Below are positions 26,150-35,252 of a stretch of 64,000 nt of DNA, in pieces (position 1 is the first letter of the stretch; each line of letters opens with the position of its first letter). The notes beneath the pieces were generated by a model. It ran no database searches and was not told the DNA's origin. It worked only from the letters and a program-made list of their open reading frames with translations. Both the position numbers and the translations under genes were made by a program. This DNA is from Nanobdellota archaeon (GTDB taxonomy: Archaea; Nanobdellota; Nanobdellia; Pacearchaeales; GW2011-AR1): NCBI GenBank assembly GCA_038045945.1, contig JBBSXC010000004.1:35077-99076 (forward strand), given 5' to 3'.

Positions 26150-26821
26150 TTACTTATTATTAGAAACTTCTGCTTTCTTCACTTCTTCTTTCTTTTCTTT
26201 TACGTCTAAAGTCATTCCTAATATCTCTTTGAATTTTCCGCTGAATGCTTCAAGGAAAGGCTTTATTTTAGGATCAATATCCAAAACAACGACTTTTTCT
26301 TTTATTTCAAAAGCAATATTATTCCTAAAATAAAAAAGTATTAGTGACTTAACTTGTTCTTTCAAATCATCAACTTTTTTCACAACTTTTAGATCATAAA
26401 CTAAGTCCTTACCAGCTAATGGATTATTGAAGTCTACAGTTACTCTTCCACCAGAATAAGCCGTGATTTTTGCTGGCATATCATCAAAAGAAAACACTGC
26501 TCCAACAACAGGCCTTAAATTTTGTTTGACGAATACTTCAATAGGCAAAACCTTCATCATCTCTCTCTTTCTTTCACCAAAACCTTCTTTTGGCGTAACA
26601 TTAACATTATAATCCTTATATAATTCCTTACCTATTAAAAATTCGTCAAGCTTAGGTAAAATCATTTGGTGACCAACACATATCACTACTGGTTTGCTTT
26701 CCATCTCTAGTCCCATAAGTTTAGCACTCTCGGGGATATTAGTATCAAAGATTTCTCCATCCTTAACTTTACCAGTGAATCGGAACTCTACAAAATCATT
26801 CTTAGCGATAACATTAGTCAT
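26150..26821 (-). CDS. FKBP-type peptidyl-prolyl cis-trans isomerase (SlyD-like)
   Basis: FKBP core VEFRFTGKVKDGEIFDTN...VVICVGHQMILPKLDEFLIG with a long C-terminal extension. Confidence 0.75.
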   Translation of the reverse strand: MTNVIAKNDFVEFRFTGKVKDGEIFDTNIPESAKLMGLEMESKPVVICVGHQMILPKLDEFLIGKELYKDYNVNVTPKEGFGERKREMMKVLPIEVFVKQNLRPVVGAVFSFDDMPAKITAYSGGRVTVDFNNPLAGKDLVYDLKVVKKVDDLKEQVKSLILFYFRNNIAFEIKEKVVVLDIDPKIKPFLEAFSGKFKEILGMTLDVKEKKEEVKKAEVSNNK

Positions 26822-26903
26822 AAAAACTAAAGAAAACAGCGGTTTAAAAATTAATCTGTTGGTAAACCCAATAGTCCAGCCAGTCCATAAGCACCAGAAC
26901 GAG

Positions 26904-27155
26904 TTACTTACTCTTATCTGCTGTTTGCGTTTCCACTTTTATACCTAAATCTTTTAGTGCTTTTAGGTGCGCTTGCATTAAGCTCTCTGTTATTTGAACG
27001 ATTTTTAGTAATTCGTTACGTTCAGAAACTAAAGTGTTAAGACAACCCTTATGGTAACCAACAACTTCATCACGACTAACAGAAGGATTAACAGAAGAAT
27101 CTTTCTTAACAGCCATAAATAATTGGTATGCGAAAAGGTTTATAAACGCTTTCAA
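26904..27155 (-). CDS. Hypothetical small protein (real start may be an internal Met near 27113)
   Basis: ORF only. Divergent from aIF5A. Confidence 0.3.
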   Translation of the reverse strand: MKAFINLFAYQLFMAVKKDSSVNPSVSRDEVVGYHKGCLNTLVSERNELLKIVQITESLMQAHLKALKDLGIKVETQTADKSK

Positions 27156-27156
27156 T

Positions 27157-27561
27157 TTGAATCATTTAATGGCACGAGGATTAATTAACGCAACAGCAGC
27201 AAGAAGCGGAACAGGAATAATAGTTGATGGAAACGCATGTATCGTAAGAAGTAATGACATATCAAAATCAGGAAAACACGGAGCAAGTAAGTGTAGAATA
27301 GAAGCAATTGGAGTAATTGATGGAAAAAAGAGAGTATTAGCAGTTCCTGGAAGCGTAAGGTTTGAAGTACCAACAATTGAAAAACTTAAAGGACAAGTAT
27401 TATCAGTAAATAACGGAATGGTAAACATGATGGATTTAGAAACATTCGAAAATTTTGATGTACCATTAACAGAAGATGCTAAAGAACTAGGAGTAAAAGA
27501 CGGAGACAGCATAGAATACTGGAATGTTGAAGGAATAAAAATGATAAAGAGAGTAATGTAA
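27157..27561 (+). CDS. eif5a: Translation initiation factor 5A (aIF5A)
   Basis: Hypusination-site signature SKSGKHGASKCR (consensus KtGKHGhAK) plus a C-terminal OB-fold region. Start may be at MARGL (27169). Confidence 0.8.
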   Translation: MNHLMARGLINATAARSGTGIIVDGNACIVRSNDISKSGKHGASKCRIEAIGVIDGKKRVLAVPGSVRFEVPTIEKLKGQVLSVNNGMVNMMDLETFENFDVPLTEDAKELGVKDGDSIEYWNVEGIKMIKRVM

Positions 27562-27565
27562 TAAT

Positions 27566-27730
27566 ATGGCAACAAAAATACCAGAAGCAATGAACAGGCT
27601 ATACAAGAACGTTTTTGTATGCAAGAATTGCTCATCAAAAATAAGAGTAGACCCAAAAAAAATATTAACTAAAGTAGTTAAGTGTCGAAAATGCGGAAAA
27701 AGAGCATTTCGAGCAGTAAAGAAGAAGTAA
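27566..27730 (+). CDS. rpl40e: Ribosomal protein L40e
   Basis: 54-aa ORF MATKIPEAMNRLYKNVFVCKNCSSKIRVDPKKILTKVVKCRKCGKRAFRAVKKK. C4 zinc ribbon and size match L40e. Below the ORF-track cutoff. Confidence 0.55.
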   Translation: MATKIPEAMNRLYKNVFVCKNCSSKIRVDPKKILTKVVKCRKCGKRAFRAVKKK

Positions 27731-27750
27731 ATGTTAAGGAATAAAAGAGG

Positions 27751-29109
27751 ATGAGCATTCTAATAATATCAGACTTAAGTTTTTTAGTATTATTCACACT
27801 AGGGGTAGTATTGTTCTTATATGCTAATAGAAAAAACATTCATAGAGAAGGGATAATGTACCTTTACAAAACACAATTAGGAGTAAAACTAATTGACATA
27901 ATAGGAAAAAAGTTCGGCAAAACTATAAGATCATTACACTACACAGTCATAGCGTTAGGATACTTATTATTCGCAGGAATGATGTTCATAATAGGTCAAA
28001 CAATATACATTTATTTAGCAATACCACAAATAACAGAAACAATAAAAACACCACCATTACTACCACTAATACCATACTTCCCACAATTATTCGGAGCAGA
28101 AAGCCTATTCCCACCATTCTACTTCATATACTTCTTACTAGCACTAATAGTAGTAGCATTCAGTCACGAATTCTCACACGGAATATTCGCTAGAGCAAAC
28201 AACGTAAGAATAAAATCAACAGGAGTAGCATTCTTAGGACCAATACTAGGAGCATTTGTAGAACAGGACGATAAACAAATGACAAAAAAAGACAAAGTAC
28301 CACAAATGGCAATCCTAGGAGCAGGAGTATTCGCAAACACAATAATGGCAATAATATTCTTCCTACTACTAGTATTAACATTCAACACAATGTTCCAACC
28401 AAGTGGAGTAATATTCTCATCATACAGCTATGGAATAGTAAACATGAGCCAAGTAACAAACATCACAAATAACACTGACGGAGTAATGTACATACAAACA
28501 ACAACACAAAAATACATCACAGATAACTCAACATTTAACAAACAAATGAGCAGCAATGAGCAACTAATAATAGCATTCTTAGACGCACCAGCAGTAAGAA
28601 ACAACATTAGCGGAGCGATAAAAGAGATAAACGGAATAAAAACAACCAGTTTTGAATCATTCTTAGAAGAATTCTCAAAATACAAACCATCAGATACAGT
28701 AACAATAAAAACAACAGTTGGCCAGTACGAGATAGTACTAGATAAACACCCACTAAACAACTCAAACCCGTTCTTAGGAGTAGGATTTCGAAACACAGAT
28801 AACCAAAAAATAATAAGTAAAATATTCTCATTCAAAAAAGCGAACGTGTATTACGAAGCAAAATTCATGGGAGCAAACTTCACTTACAACTTATTCTGGT
28901 GGATAGCAATAATCAACATAATGGTAGGAATGTTCAACATGTTACCATTCGGATTCCTTGACGGAGGAAGATTCTTCTATTTAACAGTATTAGGAATAAC
29001 AAAATCGGAAAAGAAAGCAGAAAAAGCTTTCAAAATAGCAACAAAAATAATTTTAGGATTATTCATAATACTAATGCTAGTATGGTTATTAGCATTTAAA
29101 ATAAGATAA
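27751..29109 (+). CDS. Site-2 protease, M50-family intramembrane metalloprotease
   Basis: HEFSHGIF (HExxH) and NMLPFGFLDGG (M50 LDG motif) in a polytopic membrane protein with a central soluble, PDZ-like segment. Confidence 0.8.
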   Translation: MSILIISDLSFLVLFTLGVVLFLYANRKNIHREGIMYLYKTQLGVKLIDIIGKKFGKTIRSLHYTVIALGYLLFAGMMFIIGQTIYIYLAIPQITETIKTPPLLPLIPYFPQLFGAESLFPPFYFIYFLLALIVVAFSHEFSHGIFARANNVRIKSTGVAFLGPILGAFVEQDDKQMTKKDKVPQMAILGAGVFANTIMAIIFFLLLVLTFNTMFQPSGVIFSSYSYGIVNMSQVTNITNNTDGVMYIQTTTQKYITDNSTFNKQMSSNEQLIIAFLDAPAVRNNISGAIKEINGIKTTSFESFLEEFSKYKPSDTVTIKTTVGQYEIVLDKHPLNNSNPFLGVGFRNTDNQKIISKIFSFKKANVYYEAKFMGANFTYNLFWWIAIINIMVGMFNMLPFGFLDGGRFFYLTVLGITKSEKKAEKAFKIATKIILGLFIILMLVWLLAFKIR

Positions 29110-29282
29110 AAAATATTTGCAAAAAACACAAAAAATATTTCTCGACGATAAAAAAAACTTAAAAAAATGATTTTTTAGAAATTTTTCAAAAAAAGAAGAA
29201 AGTATTTAAAGAAAAAAATACTAATAATTATAATAAATTTCACAAGCAGTTGTGATAACCAAACAAAAAAAGAGGTAAAAAT

Positions 29283-29330
29283 ATGGCAGCAAAGAAAAAA
29301 GCAGCAACTAAGAAAAAAAAGAGAAGATAA
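29283..29330 (+). CDS. Candidate 15-aa poly-basic micro-ORF (MAAKKKAATKKKKRR)
   Basis: ATG is preceded by AAGAGGT at ~7 nt. Sits in the 480-nt A-rich region 29110-29592. Highly speculative. Confidence 0.2.
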   Translation: MAAKKKAATKKKKRR

Positions 29331-29438
29331 TCTCTTTTTTCACTGATTTAAATTATTTTATTTAAGCCGCGAACTTTTTTTAATAATTTTTCAGAAAAAA
29401 TTATTTCGTTAAACTTCTAAAACAAAAAGAGGGAAAAA

Positions 29439-29513
29439 ATGGCACAAAACAAAAAAAGAACAACAAACAAGAGACCACCAAGAGCTTACGTTAAGAAAAA
29501 GAAGAACAGATAA
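29439..29513 (+). CDS. Candidate 24-aa poly-basic micro-ORF (MAQNKKRTTNKRPPRAYVKKKKNR)
   Basis: ATG is preceded by AGAGGG at ~7 nt. Similar upstream context and N-terminus (MA..KK) to the first micro-ORF. Composition recalls very small basic r-proteins such as L41e, but this is unverified. Confidence 0.25.
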   Translation: MAQNKKRTTNKRPPRAYVKKKKNR

Positions 29514-29592
29514 AATTTCTTAAAAAAACTAATTATTTTTTTATTTAATCCTAGAAATTTTTATAAAAATTAGCTTTTTACAAGTAGACCGT

Positions 29593-30024
29593 CTACAAGT
29601 AGACTATTCCTTCTTGAGTTAATACGGAGAACCTTATACCAACAGGCAAAGACAATAAAGCCGAGATTAATGCCATGTGCTCTTTCCCAGTACCAGAAGC
29701 TATTGACAACGCTACTTCTATTCCACCAATTTTTCCTTTAAGTTTACTCATTAGTGTTTCTTTCATCTCAACAAGCTTTTGCTCAGTATCTAGCCTTATG
29801 AACTCGTGAGGCGTCTCTGAACCCGTAGTCAATTCTTCAGCTGAAGAGTCACCTATAAGTATTACTTTATCCCACTCACCTTTCTTTATTAGACCTGAGA
29901 CTTGAGCCCAAGTACCTTTACCAGAGGATAATAGCGCTACTAATTCCATGACTGACTTACACCAAAACCTCTTATAAGCTTTGAGATTCTCCAGTATACA
30001 GAATCTCAAGGCCCAAAAATCCAC
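29593..30024 (-). CDS. Hypothetical protein
   Basis: 143 aa (or ~118 aa from the internal MELVALL start). No confident motif. Confidence 0.4.
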   Translation of the reverse strand: MDFWALRFCILENLKAYKRFWCKSVMELVALLSSGKGTWAQVSGLIKKGEWDKVILIGDSSAEELTTGSETPHEFIRLDTEQKLVEMKETLMSKLKGKIGGIEVALSIASGTGKEHMALISALLSLPVGIRFSVLTQEGIVYL

Positions 30025-30079
30025 AGGATTATGAAGCTTTTATATAGTATAATCATGATTATAATTTAGGTGATAAAAA

Positions 30080-30523
30080 ATGGCTCGTGACATCCCACTT
30101 AATGAAGTTATTCTTAGAAAGTACGAAAAGCCTTACTCCGCCGATAAAAGAGAGATTGTTAAGAAGGTTTGTTTAAGCTTAGGATTATTACAACCAGGCG
30201 ACTCTAGAGACATAATCATTGATATTCTTTGGGTTCTCATTGATTCTCAAAAAGTTAAAGAAATGATTTCTAGTGATGAAATAAGGCTTCGCGTAGAAAA
30301 AATAAGAAAAGAGGGCGGTTTTGAGATGAAAGGTATTGCTGAGAGTAATATTCGCCGTCAACTTAAACGCCTTGCTGATTTAATGATTATTGACAAGTTA
30401 GAAAACACTTATCGCCTTAGCGAATTCGAAACTTTAGAAACAATCTTTAACGACAAATTCGAAAAGTTCATAATTCCACAAACAATAGAGCGAATAAAAG
30501 AATACCTAAGAGCAGTAAACTAA
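30080..30523 (+). CDS. Hypothetical protein, possible winged-helix regulator
   Basis: 147 aa. HTH-like SNIRRQLKRLADLMIIDKLENTYRL. Confidence 0.4.
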   Translation: MARDIPLNEVILRKYEKPYSADKREIVKKVCLSLGLLQPGDSRDIIIDILWVLIDSQKVKEMISSDEIRLRVEKIRKEGGFEMKGIAESNIRRQLKRLADLMIIDKLENTYRLSEFETLETIFNDKFEKFIIPQTIERIKEYLRAVN

Positions 30524-31029
30524 TTAATCTTGTAATGATTCTGCACTACACCATCACCAATAACTTCTGAACTCAAAAGTTTCATATTAACCACTTTTTT
30601 ACAACCAGAAAATAATTTTATACCATCACCAAGTATTAACGGATGAAATGTTAAGAAAGCCTCATTAAGCAATCCACCATTAACGAAAGAGCCGCTTACA
30701 AGACCCCCACCAGCTAATAAAACGCTCTTAAAACCCTTACCATTTGCTATAGCTAAAGCCCCTTTAGGCGTATGAGCAATCAAAACGTTTGCTTCATCAT
30801 AAGAAACAGGCTTACTGGTTAAAACAATATTAATCACACCCTTTACTGGATAAATCTCTCCTCTATACTGATCAAAAGTTTTTCTTCCAACAATCACACA
30901 ACCCGCATCTTTACACCTCTGAACAAAGGATTTCTCAGTAATAGGTGAAACCCAATTAGAATCACCATCAACTTTAGCAACAAAACCGTCAGAAGAAACA
31001 GCCATGTCAAGAATAACCTTCATAAACAA
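30520..31029 (-). CDS. Dihydrofolate reductase-family / RibD C-terminal-like reductase
   Basis: MKVILDMAVSSDGFVA...NWVS...IVGRKTF...LLAGGGLV matches the RibD_C / DHFR-like fold signature. Confidence 0.65.
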   Translation of the reverse strand: MFMKVILDMAVSSDGFVAKVDGDSNWVSPITEKSFVQRCKDAGCVIVGRKTFDQYRGEIYPVKGVINIVLTSKPVSYDEANVLIAHTPKGALAIANGKGFKSVLLAGGGLVSGSFVNGGLLNEAFLTFHPLILGDGIKLFSGCKKVVNMKLLSSEVIGDGVVQNHYKIN

Positions 31030-31053
31030 TTAATTTTTCAGAACTATAAAAAC

Positions 31054-32142
31054 TTATTCAAACTTTACTCTTTTTCCGTATTCAGGGTTTAAATCAACAG
31101 CTCTCTTGAAAGCGAGTCCTGCTTCTGCTTTTCTATTAGAAGAATTAAGAGCTAAACCTAGATTAAAACAAAAATCGGCGTTTTTAGGATTAATCCTTAT
31201 AGCTTTTCTCAAATAATCAATAGCTGCATCATAATCACCCATTCTAGCATAAACAATGCCTAAATGACCATAAACCATTTCGTGCTGACCTAAGCTTGAA
31301 GCCTCCAAAAGACACTTCTTAGCCTCATCAAAATTTTCTTTCTCTAAAAAAATAGTTCCTTTCTCAAGCCAGGCTAAAAGAAAGTTTTTGTTCATAACCA
31401 AGCATTGATCAAGCCAATCTAAGGCTTCATCACTCTTACCTAAACTATGAAGCTGGGAAGCTATTTGGTAACGTTGAAAAAAGTCTTTGGCGCGAAGATT
31501 ATTCCTCTCCATATCAACATACATTCTAGTTCTTTCATCATTATTCCTGGTAAGAGGACCGTAATGGTGAATAGGAATAGACGTTTCTTCAACTATACGA
31601 CTCCTAAGTATGGATTTTTCAACACTATCATGAACTGTTCCTTCAAAAAAGATTTTTTCCTCATTACGAAAAATTCTAACTATTCTTCTAGGAACAAAAC
31701 CAGAAGCAACACTAGATTCAGAGTAAGAATCATCTTTTGTTGAAACAAGACCAAACTTACCAATATCGTTAGTATAGTTTCTCTGAATTAAAGAAAAACC
31801 ACCAATATCTAAAGAAGCGTTATTTATCATGTCTAGAATTATTTTATGATCAGATTTTGATAAACTCTCATCAGCATCTAGATTAATCACCCATTTTCCC
31901 GCCGCCCACTTAAGAGCATAATTCTTAGCTTCAGAAAAGTTATCATTCCATTTATAATCAAAAACTTTGTAAGTATACTTATCAGCGATTTCCTTAGTCT
32001 TATCAGTAGAACCAGTATCAACAACCACTATTTCATCAACAAGACCCGTAACGCTTGACAAACACTTATCTAAGTCTTTATCATTATTCTTAGTAATAAC
32101 TATCAGTGAAAGCAATAAGTCTTTTTTATCATCCTTAACCAT
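31054..32142 (-). CDS. Family-2 glycosyltransferase fused to C-terminal TPR repeats
   Basis: LSLIVITKNNDKDLDKCLSSV...DEIVVVDTGSTDKTKEIA...NLDADE (GT2 DxD region), then TPR-like repeats. Paralog at 43187-44254. Confidence 0.75.
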   Translation of the reverse strand: MVKDDKKDLLLSLIVITKNNDKDLDKCLSSVTGLVDEIVVVDTGSTDKTKEIADKYTYKVFDYKWNDNFSEAKNYALKWAAGKWVINLDADESLSKSDHKIILDMINNASLDIGGFSLIQRNYTNDIGKFGLVSTKDDSYSESSVASGFVPRRIVRIFRNEEKIFFEGTVHDSVEKSILRSRIVEETSIPIHHYGPLTRNNDERTRMYVDMERNNLRAKDFFQRYQIASQLHSLGKSDEALDWLDQCLVMNKNFLLAWLEKGTIFLEKENFDEAKKCLLEASSLGQHEMVYGHLGIVYARMGDYDAAIDYLRKAIRINPKNADFCFNLGLALNSSNRKAEAGLAFKRAVDLNPEYGKRVKFE

Positions 32143-32325
32143 TAATAATCTTTCATAGTAAGGTTTAAAGATATTTTCATATCTTGAGACTTTTTGTTAA
32201 GAAACACAACCAAAGGTTTATAAATAGTTTTTCTTTCGCTAAAATAAGAAACATACTACATAGTTGTGAGGCATTAGTTCTTGCCTTTAGCAGCTTCCTG
32301 TAGAAGTTTTACAAGGAAAAACACA

Positions 32326-32955
32326 ATGGAAATAAAAGAAGAAATACTCAAATCACTGAAAAGTTTAAGGTCACAAGAGAAGAGAGGATTTGACCAAACA
32401 GTAGACCTAATTATTAATCTAAAAAAGTTCGACGTCAAAAAAGAAAACGTTAATCTTAACATATCACTACCACACAAATTTAAGGATTACAAAATTGGAG
32501 CATTCTTAGAAAACAAAAGCGGAGTAATAGACACAATCAAGAGAGACGAACTAAAAAAGATGACAGATAAGAAAATTATAAAAAACACTCTGAAAAAGTA
32601 TGATTATTTCATATCACAAGCAAGCATAATGCCAGAGTTAGCTAAAACATTAGGTAAGTACTTAGGACCATCAGGAAAAATGCCAGTACCAGGAAGAGGA
32701 GTAGTGCTTCAAGATGATGAAAACAGCATTAAGAAAGAACTTGCAAAATTCCAAGGATCATTAAGAATTAAGACTAAAGAACCAAGCATCAAAGTAACAG
32801 TAGGTAAAGAAAGCATGAATGATGAACAACTAGCTGAAAACATCGAAGTAGTATACAAAGCAGTATTCGCAGCATTAACTAAAGGTAAAGAAAACCTTAG
32901 AAGCGTGCTAATAAAATTCAGTATGAGTAAACCGGTAAAAGCACTAATAATATAA
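32326..32955 (+). CDS. rpl1: Ribosomal protein L1 (uL1)
   Basis: FDQTVDLIINLK...LGPSGKMPVPGRGVV is typical uL1. Start set to ATG 32326; the track uses TTG 32281. Confidence 0.85.
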   Translation: MEIKEEILKSLKSLRSQEKRGFDQTVDLIINLKKFDVKKENVNLNISLPHKFKDYKIGAFLENKSGVIDTIKRDELKKMTDKKIIKNTLKKYDYFISQASIMPELAKTLGKYLGPSGKMPVPGRGVVLQDDENSIKKELAKFQGSLRIKTKEPSIKVTVGKESMNDEQLAENIEVVYKAVFAALTKGKENLRSVLIKFSMSKPVKALII

Positions 32956-32960
32956 AAAAA

Positions 32961-33752
32961 ATGGCAACTAAGAGAGAAACACCAATACCTGAAATAAAGA
33001 AAAGAACAGTTAAAGAATTAGTAAAAACTTTCAAAGAAAGCCCAACATTTCTAATAGCATCAATAAGAAATTTGCCAGGAGGACAATTCCAAGCAATAAA
33101 ACAAAAACTTAGAGGAACAGCAACAGTTAAAGTTTTGAAGAAAAGCCTAGTAATAAGAGCTATTGAAGAATTTGGAGGAAACCTTAAAGAAATAGCACCA
33201 TTCGTTAAAGAAGACTGCGCACTTCTAATGTCAGACGTTGACCCTTTCGAATTATCATTATTCTTATCTAAAAACCAAAGTGCTGCTAAAGCAAAGATAG
33301 GACAAGCTGTACCTGAAGACATAAGAATAGAACCAGGACCAACAGATCTAGTACCAGGACCTGTAATCAGCGAACTAGGAGCATTAGGAATACCAATACA
33401 AATAAAAGAAGGTAAGATAGAAATCAAAGAAGCAAAGGTCATTCTTAAAACAGGAGATAAAGTAACAGCAGCAGCTGACGCAATAATGGGAAAACTAGGA
33501 ATAATGCCATTTAGAGTCGGCTTCGAACCCTTAGCTGCTTACGACTCAAAAACAGGAAAAGTTTACTCAAGCATAAGAATAAACAGCGAAGAAGCATTAG
33601 AACAACTTAAAGATGCTAACTCAAGAGCACTAGCAATAGCAGTAAAATTCGCATACCCTACAAAAGAAACAATACCTTTCATACTAGCAAAAGCAAACAG
33701 TCAAGAAAAAGCTTTAGCTAAACTAATTAAATCAGACAATCAACAAAATTAA
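32961..33752 (+). CDS. rpl10: Ribosomal protein L10 / P0 (uL10)
   Basis: TFLIASIRNLPGGQFQAIKQKLRG is the P0 signature. Follows L1. Confidence 0.85.
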   Translation: MATKRETPIPEIKKRTVKELVKTFKESPTFLIASIRNLPGGQFQAIKQKLRGTATVKVLKKSLVIRAIEEFGGNLKEIAPFVKEDCALLMSDVDPFELSLFLSKNQSAAKAKIGQAVPEDIRIEPGPTDLVPGPVISELGALGIPIQIKEGKIEIKEAKVILKTGDKVTAAADAIMGKLGIMPFRVGFEPLAAYDSKTGKVYSSIRINSEEALEQLKDANSRALAIAVKFAYPTKETIPFILAKANSQEKALAKLIKSDNQQN

Positions 33753-33772
33753 TACAGGAGGATAAAAAAAAT

Positions 33773-34063
33773 ATGGAGTACGTTTACGGAGCATTATTAT
33801 TGCATAAGCTAGGTAAACCAGTTGACGCAGAACACCTAACAAAAGTTGTTCACGCAACAGGAGTAAGTGTTGACGACGCTAAAGTTAAAACTTTAGTTGC
33901 AAGCCTTAAAGAAGTTAACATCGAACAAGAACTAGCAAACGCAAGCTTAGCAGTGGCAGCACCAGCAAACGCAGGAGCAGCACACGCACCAAAGGCAGAA
34001 GAGAAGAAGGAAGAGAAGAAGAAGGAAGAAGCTGCCGAAGGATTAAGCGCATTATTTGGATAA
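33773..34063 (+). CDS. rpl12: Ribosomal stalk protein L12 / P1
   Basis: 96 aa. MEYVYGALLLHKLGKP... with an acidic C-terminal tail ending GLSALFG. Confidence 0.85.
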   Translation: MEYVYGALLLHKLGKPVDAEHLTKVVHATGVSVDDAKVKTLVASLKEVNIEQELANASLAVAAPANAGAAHAPKAEEKKEEKKKEEAAEGLSALFG

Positions 34064-34197
34064 TTTTTTATTTTAATTTTTCATTTGTGTTTTGATTAGC
34101 ATTAATGAAAAGCGCTTAACCTTAGATAATCATAGAAAGAAACCTTTAAGGAAAAACAATAGTAAGAACGAGAAAGAATAATTCTAAAAAAAAGTTT

Positions 34198-34668
34198 TTA
34201 AGGAACAATAAGTCTTTTACCTGATTCAACTATCTTTTCATAAACTAATTGATTAACATCCATTTCCCAGAGTAACCTTTTTTCACAAAGAAATTTTTCC
34301 CTATCAACACCAAGCCCAAAAACATCATTCATCCCAAGAAGAAGACCACTAGACCTGTTTTTACCCCTCATACAATGAACAAGTAGCGCCTGAACAGTTT
34401 TATGATAAGGAATAAAATCGGAAACAACTCTATTAGCAGTTTCTTCATCAATAGCCTTACCCTCACCAGGCCTTAGACCAGTAAAGACACCTTTATCAAT
34501 ATCATCAAAAACGTACTCATTAACAGCAACCCATAATCCAGACTCTTGAAGTTTAAACTTTTCATAATCCCAGTTCATACGACCATAACCGTTAATCCTA
34601 ATAGCATAAGTTGGAACTGTAGGAACAAAATCCATAGCGTCATCAAGACTAAGCATATGGATATCCAT
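34198..34668 (-). CDS. Protein tyrosine / dual-specificity phosphatase
   Basis: Active-site P-loop HCMRGKNRSSG (HCx5R[ST]). Confidence 0.65.
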   Translation of the reverse strand: MDIHMLSLDDAMDFVPTVPTYAIRINGYGRMNWDYEKFKLQESGLWVAVNEYVFDDIDKGVFTGLRPGEGKAIDEETANRVVSDFIPYHKTVQALLVHCMRGKNRSSGLLLGMNDVFGLGVDREKFLCEKRLLWEMDVNQLVYEKIVESGKRLIVP

Positions 34669-34723
34669 AAAATATTAAATGACAGTATTCTTTAAAAAGA
34701 AAGTTATGATCAGATAGATATAA

Positions 34724-34804
34724 GCCTTCGTGGCGCAATGGTACCGCGACGGTCTCGAAAACCGTGCCCGCAAGGGCTTCCAGGTTCGATTCCTGGCGAA
34801 GGCG
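34724..34804 (+). tRNA. tRNA-Ser (anticodon CGA), type II with long variable arm
   Basis: Acceptor GCCTTCG/CGAAGGC. Anticodon stem ACGGT/ACCGT with loop CTCGAAA. Variable-arm hairpin GCCCGCAAGGGC. T arm CCAGG-TTCGATT-CCTGG. Discriminator G. 81 nt. Confidence 0.8.
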
Positions 34805-34815
34805 TAAAATTAATC

Positions 34816-35226
34816 ATGAAAATAAAACTTTATCATGTAGCAGCATTGTTTGTGATAATAATCATACTGCAGGTATCAGGGGAATATGCGGGATTATTAG
34901 ACCCATCAAGAAACATAATATGGTATGATAATGTAATGCACGCATTAGCAGGGGTGCTTAGCGGAATATTTGTGATGTGGGCTGTAGAGAAAGAATCAAT
35001 AAAAATAAGCAAGAAAAGATTAGGAATATACATAGTAATAGTAGCATTTCTAATGGCTGTGTTCTGGGAATTATTTGAACTAGCAATATTCAAAATGCTA
35101 AAAGATTACGCTATAAGTTATAACTACTCAACAACCCTAGCAGAAGCAATACTTGATTCATTATCAAACACTATTGGAGCAAGCATACTAGCAATAATAA
35201 ACTATTATATTTTTAAGAAGAATTAG
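34816..35226 (+). CDS. Small polytopic membrane protein
   Basis: The track ORF (34738) begins inside the tRNA; the first ATG downstream of the tRNA is 34816. Four hydrophobic helices. Confidence 0.45.
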   Translation: MKIKLYHVAALFVIIIILQVSGEYAGLLDPSRNIIWYDNVMHALAGVLSGIFVMWAVEKESIKISKKRLGIYIVIVAFLMAVFWELFELAIFKMLKDYAISYNYSTTLAEAILDSLSNTIGASILAIINYYIFKKN

Positions 35227-35252
35227 GTTAACTTATAAAAGTACTTAAAGTA

